DNA of 33,234 nt, taken from assembly GCA_041493245.1 (NCBI GenBank), contig JBGPYK010000001.1:1-33234 (forward strand), written 5' to 3'. The notes under the pieces are model-generated. The model searched no databases, was not told the DNA's origin, and saw only the letters and a program-made list of their open reading frames with translations. Source of the DNA: Candidatus Methylomirabilia bacterium. GTDB lineage: Bacteria; Methylomirabilota; Methylomirabilia; Rokubacteriales; CSP1-6. A program made the translations under genes and the position numbers. This document shows, one piece after another, positions 30,452 to 33,234 of this stretch (position 1 is the first letter of the stretch; each line of letters begins with the position of its first letter).

Positions 30452-32857
30452 ATGCGTCCACTTTGCAGGGCCGCAGGGCCCGAAGGAATGGGTGGAAAAC
30501 GGCAGCTCTCACGTGGCTGTCAGCGTTTCTCCCGGATGATCGTCCTCGCAGCAGCACTCGTGTCCAGTTACTCGGTGGCCGAAGCTCAGTCACTCTCCGC
30601 GCCGACCACATTCAAGGCCACGACCTACTCGAAGACCCAAATCAACCTGGCCTGGAACGACCCCAACCCGGGTCTGACCGGCACCCAGGAATCGGGCTAC
30701 ATAGTCCAGCGGGCCCAAGGCGCACCCACCCTCTGGAGCAAGGTCTTCACCTCGGGTCCGGATGTGGCGAGCTGGTCCAGCGCCGGCCTTTATGCGGGCA
30801 CGACCTACTACTACCGGGTCCGGGCTTACGCCGTGGTGGGAGGGCAGACCATCTACTCCAGTTATTCTGCCATCGCCAGTGCCAAGACCCAGTCGAACCT
30901 CTACCCCAACGCACCGACAAGCCTCACCGCGTCTGCCCTTTCCGAGACTCAGATCGCGCTGAAGTGGCTCGACAACGCGAACAACGAGACGGGGTACAAG
31001 GTGCAACGGGCGCCTTCCTCGTCGGGCCCCTGGAGTCTCATCGGCACCACCAGGACGAACCAGGTTACCTACGCTGATTCCGGCCTCACCAGTGGAACGA
31101 CCCACTATTACCTCGTACAGGCGTACAACTCGACGGGGACTTCTTCGCCGAGCAATGTGGCGACGGGGACCACCAAGCCGGACGACACCACCGGGCCCGC
31201 GGGCTCGCTCTCGATCAACGGCAACGCGCCCTACACCGGCTCGGCGGTCGTGACCGTGACCCTCGCCGCCACCGATGCGGTCGGCGTCACCGGCTACTAC
31301 GTCTCCACCAGCGCCACCCCGCCCGCCGCCACCGCGACCGGCTGGACCGCCGTGACCTCGACGACGAACTACAGCGGGGCCCTTGGCTACACCCTGACCA
31401 CCGCCGACGGGACCAAAACCCTCTACGCCTGGTACAAGGACGCGGCCGGCAACGTGTCCGCGACGGCCTCGGCCTCCATCCTCCTGGATCAGACGGCCCC
31501 AACGAATGGCACCGTGATACCGACTCCGGCCAGCGGCCAGGTCACGCTCAACTGGTCCGGCTTTGCCGACACCGGCAGCGGCCTCGCCTCCGCCTCCTAC
31601 AAGCTCGTCTTCAGCCCCACCGGTTTCCCGACCTCCTGCACCGGCGGGACCGTGCTCTTGTCAGGAGGTTTCACCAGCTTCACCCATATCGGCCTCACCA
31701 ACGGCACCACCTACTTCTACCGGGTCTGTGTCGCCGACAAGGCCGACAATGTCGCCACCGGCGCCACCGCCAGCGCCACGCCTCAGGGCGGGGCCGGACC
31801 CGCCCTCTACGGGTTCACCGCCTTCCCCTACGACGCCACGTTCGAGGCGATCGACAAGGTCCATGAGATCATCCTGCCGAACTCCAACCTCTACGCGATC
31901 CACGGTGTCGGCGGCGGCGAGGAGTGCCTGGCCTGGGAAGAGGCGCTGGCAGACCAGCCGTTCCCGGACTCGATACAGAGCAACTGGGTGGACGTCAAAG
32001 CCCGCATTCCGAGCTCCCACGCCGTGTACGTCGCGGTGACGCCCACGGACAAGGATCGGCGCCAGGTGATTTCGGCGTGCGACGCCGACGGGCGGCGCGA
32101 CCCGAACGCCGGACCCTGGCGCGACCGCCTCGATCACCCCGACGTGATGCGGGCCTACACGGCCTACGTCCGTCGCGTGGTATCGTTCTTCCAGCCGCGC
32201 TACCTCAACATCGGGATCGAGATGAGCGAGCTGTCGCTGGGACACCCCGAGGAGTGGCCCACTTTCGAAGCTCTGTTCACGCACGTCTACGACACGGTCA
32301 AGGCCGAGTACCCCGACCTGCAGATCGGCATGGAGTTCGTCCTGCAGTCGCTCCTGCTGCCTCGCGTGGCCGAGCAGGTGCGGCCCGTCGTCGACAAGAG
32401 TGACTACCTAGGCCTCAGCTTCTATCCGTACGGCTCGCCGTTCGGGGTCTGGTACGGCGCCCCGCCCCTGCCCGAGGGCGAGGACCAGTGGCGGCAGCCG
32501 CTCACCTGGGTCCGGCAGTACACGACCAAGCCGATCGCCATCTGCGAGACCGGGTACATCACGGCGCCGGTCAGCTTCCCCGAGATGGGGCTAACGCTCG
32601 AGGGGGATCCGGCCCGGCAGGCCGCCTTCCTGCGCGACCTCGTCACCTTCGCCACGCAAGACCAGTATGCGTTCGTGGTGTGGTTCATCCCCGTCGACTA
32701 CGACCGCCTCTACGCGACGCTCCCAGCCGGCTCCGAGTGGGCGCTCATCTGGATGCAGGCGGGCCTGTTCGACAAGGACCTGAACCCCAAGCCCGCGTGG
32801 CCGATCTGGCAGGGGGCCATGCAGGCCAACACGGACCAGCCCGTCGTGGGGCACTGA
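30452..32857 (+). CDS. Secreted multidomain glycoside hydrolase: signal peptide, two FN3 domains, two further Ig/FN3-like domains, C-terminal clan GH-A-like TIM barrel
   Basis: GGAGGAG SD 8 nt before ATG 30452. Hydrophobic signal MIVLAAALVSSYSVAEA. FN3 repeats (TQINLAWNDP...TTYYYRVRAY; TQIALKWLDN...THYYLVQAYN). DTTGP/DQTAP-bounded Ig-like modules. Catalytic-domain motifs YLNIGIEMSE (acid/base-like), KPIAICETGY (nucleophile-like), GLFDKDLNPKPAW. Confidence 0.8.
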   Translation: MRPLCRAAGPEGMGGKRQLSRGCQRFSRMIVLAAALVSSYSVAEAQSLSAPTTFKATTYSKTQINLAWNDPNPGLTGTQESGYIVQRAQGAPTLWSKVFTSGPDVASWSSAGLYAGTTYYYRVRAYAVVGGQTIYSSYSAIASAKTQSNLYPNAPTSLTASALSETQIALKWLDNANNETGYKVQRAPSSSGPWSLIGTTRTNQVTYADSGLTSGTTHYYLVQAYNSTGTSSPSNVATGTTKPDDTTGPAGSLSINGNAPYTGSAVVTVTLAATDAVGVTGYYVSTSATPPAATATGWTAVTSTTNYSGALGYTLTTADGTKTLYAWYKDAAGNVSATASASILLDQTAPTNGTVIPTPASGQVTLNWSGFADTGSGLASASYKLVFSPTGFPTSCTGGTVLLSGGFTSFTHIGLTNGTTYFYRVCVADKADNVATGATASATPQGGAGPALYGFTAFPYDATFEAIDKVHEIILPNSNLYAIHGVGGGEECLAWEEALADQPFPDSIQSNWVDVKARIPSSHAVYVAVTPTDKDRRQVISACDADGRRDPNAGPWRDRLDHPDVMRAYTAYVRRVVSFFQPRYLNIGIEMSELSLGHPEEWPTFEALFTHVYDTVKAEYPDLQIGMEFVLQSLLLPRVAEQVRPVVDKSDYLGLSFYPYGSPFGVWYGAPPLPEGEDQWRQPLTWVRQYTTKPIAICETGYITAPVSFPEMGLTLEGDPARQAAFLRDLVTFATQDQYAFVVWFIPVDYDRLYATLPAGSEWALIWMQAGLFDKDLNPKPAWPIWQGAMQANTDQPVVGH

Positions 32858-32867
32858 AGGGTCGAGC

Positions 32868-32892
32868 CAGGGGCTCCATTCGCCCGCCCCTG
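32868..32892. terminator. Possible bidirectional terminator hairpin between convergent genes
   Basis: CAGGGGC (32868-32874) and GCCCCTG (32886-32892) form a perfect 7-bp stem with an 11-nt loop, 11 nt after the hydrolase stop. No U-tract. Confidence 0.35.
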
Positions 32893-32952
32893 ACAGGTCG
32901 GTCGGTCGGACGGGTCGCGCCGCTGCCGGCGAGCCCAGTCCGTAGGGCTACC

Positions 32953-33234
32953 TCACTCGAAGGTCAGATCCGACAACCACACAGTCCGCTCGCCCCGCGC
33001 CGCGCCCTCCAAGCCATTCCCCTCGGCCACGATGATCCGCACGACCCGCTCCGGCTCCAGACGGCCGTTCCCCTTCGAGGTCTGATCCCGGCTAAGGTCC
33101 GCGAGCGGCTGCCTCTCCCACCGCCACTCCCGACCCACTGGAAGCACCGTGTAGAAGGACTCGCCGTCGGCCTCGTCGAGCCGCATCACGATCGGGCCGT
33201 CGCGGTCACTCTTGACCCAGATCCCCAGTGCCGA
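32953..33234 (-). CDS. C-terminal part of a carbohydrate-binding-module-like (beta-sandwich) protein; gene runs off the right edge
   Basis: The minus-strand frame is open from the window edge to TGA at 32953-32955. The sequence LGIWVKSDRDGPIVMRLDEADGESFYTVLPVGREWRWERQPLADL...VVRIIVAEG...TVWLSDLTFE has the pattern of CBM/CIA30-like domains. Confidence 0.5.
   Translation of the reverse strand, partial: SALGIWVKSDRDGPIVMRLDEADGESFYTVLPVGREWRWERQPLADLSRDQTSKGNGRLEPERVVRIIVAEGNGLEGAARGERTVWLSDLTFE

Noticed and set aside
32897-32909. GTCG GTCG GTCG tandem repeat after the hydrolase gene
   Set aside because: There are only three units of 4 nt, which is too short to be meaningful.
1-33234. CRISPR arrays, tRNA/rRNA genes, transposases, integrases, and toxin-antitoxin or other defence genes
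   Set aside because: None was recognised on either strand by eye. All sizeable coherent ORFs are glycan-related or flanking transport or membrane genes.

Overview
High-GC bacterial window (roughly two-thirds G+C by eye). Shadow ORFs occur in every frame, so genes were called from recognisable motifs, hydrophobicity, tight start/stop packing and Shine-Dalgarno (SD) spacing. No database search was possible. Almost the whole window (about 1.06-32.9 kb) is one glycan-assembly locus of the Wzx/Wzy type (EPS, capsule or O-antigen-like). Operon A (minus strand, 16255 down to 1064) runs: short OPX/Wza exporter, radical SAM enzyme, priming phosphoglycosyl transferase, unknown barrel-like protein, CapD/FnlA-like dehydratase, RmlD-like reductase, Wzz/PCP, GT4, Wzy-like polymerase, SDR epimerase, Wzx flippase, GT4, methyltransferase, unknown membrane protein. 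Operon B (minus strand, 26275 down to 16510) runs: Dpm1/GtrB-like GT2, a frameshifted BY-kinase-like gene, ArnT/PMT-like GT-C, a short GT4-like remnant, an intact BY-kinase-like gene, an SDR remnant, GT2, GT4, then a Gmd-like, Fcl-like and nucleotidyltransferase 6-deoxyhexose pathway. The right part holds an AlgX/AlgJ-type SGNH protein (minus), a second GT-C-like membrane protein (plus), a secreted FN3-repeat glycoside hydrolase (plus) and a partial CBM-like gene at the edge. The left flank holds a partial membrane protein gene and a truncated, frameshifted ABC solute-binding-protein pseudogene abutting the locus. No tRNA, rRNA, CRISPR, transposase or integrase was seen. The most unusual items are: (1) a radical SAM enzyme with a reduced SPASM/Twitch-like Cys motif, placed between the exporter and the priming transferase; (2) two paralogous BY-kinase-like P-loop proteins that both lack the Walker A lysine and any Tyr tail, one of them broken by two compensating frameshifts and interleaved with a polyprenyl-phosphate-sugar GT2 / GT-C cassette; (3) a priming transferase with a 34-residue Arg-rich insertion. 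Whether any of these is truly undescribed cannot be decided without searches. Several start codons are inferred and may be off by a few codons.
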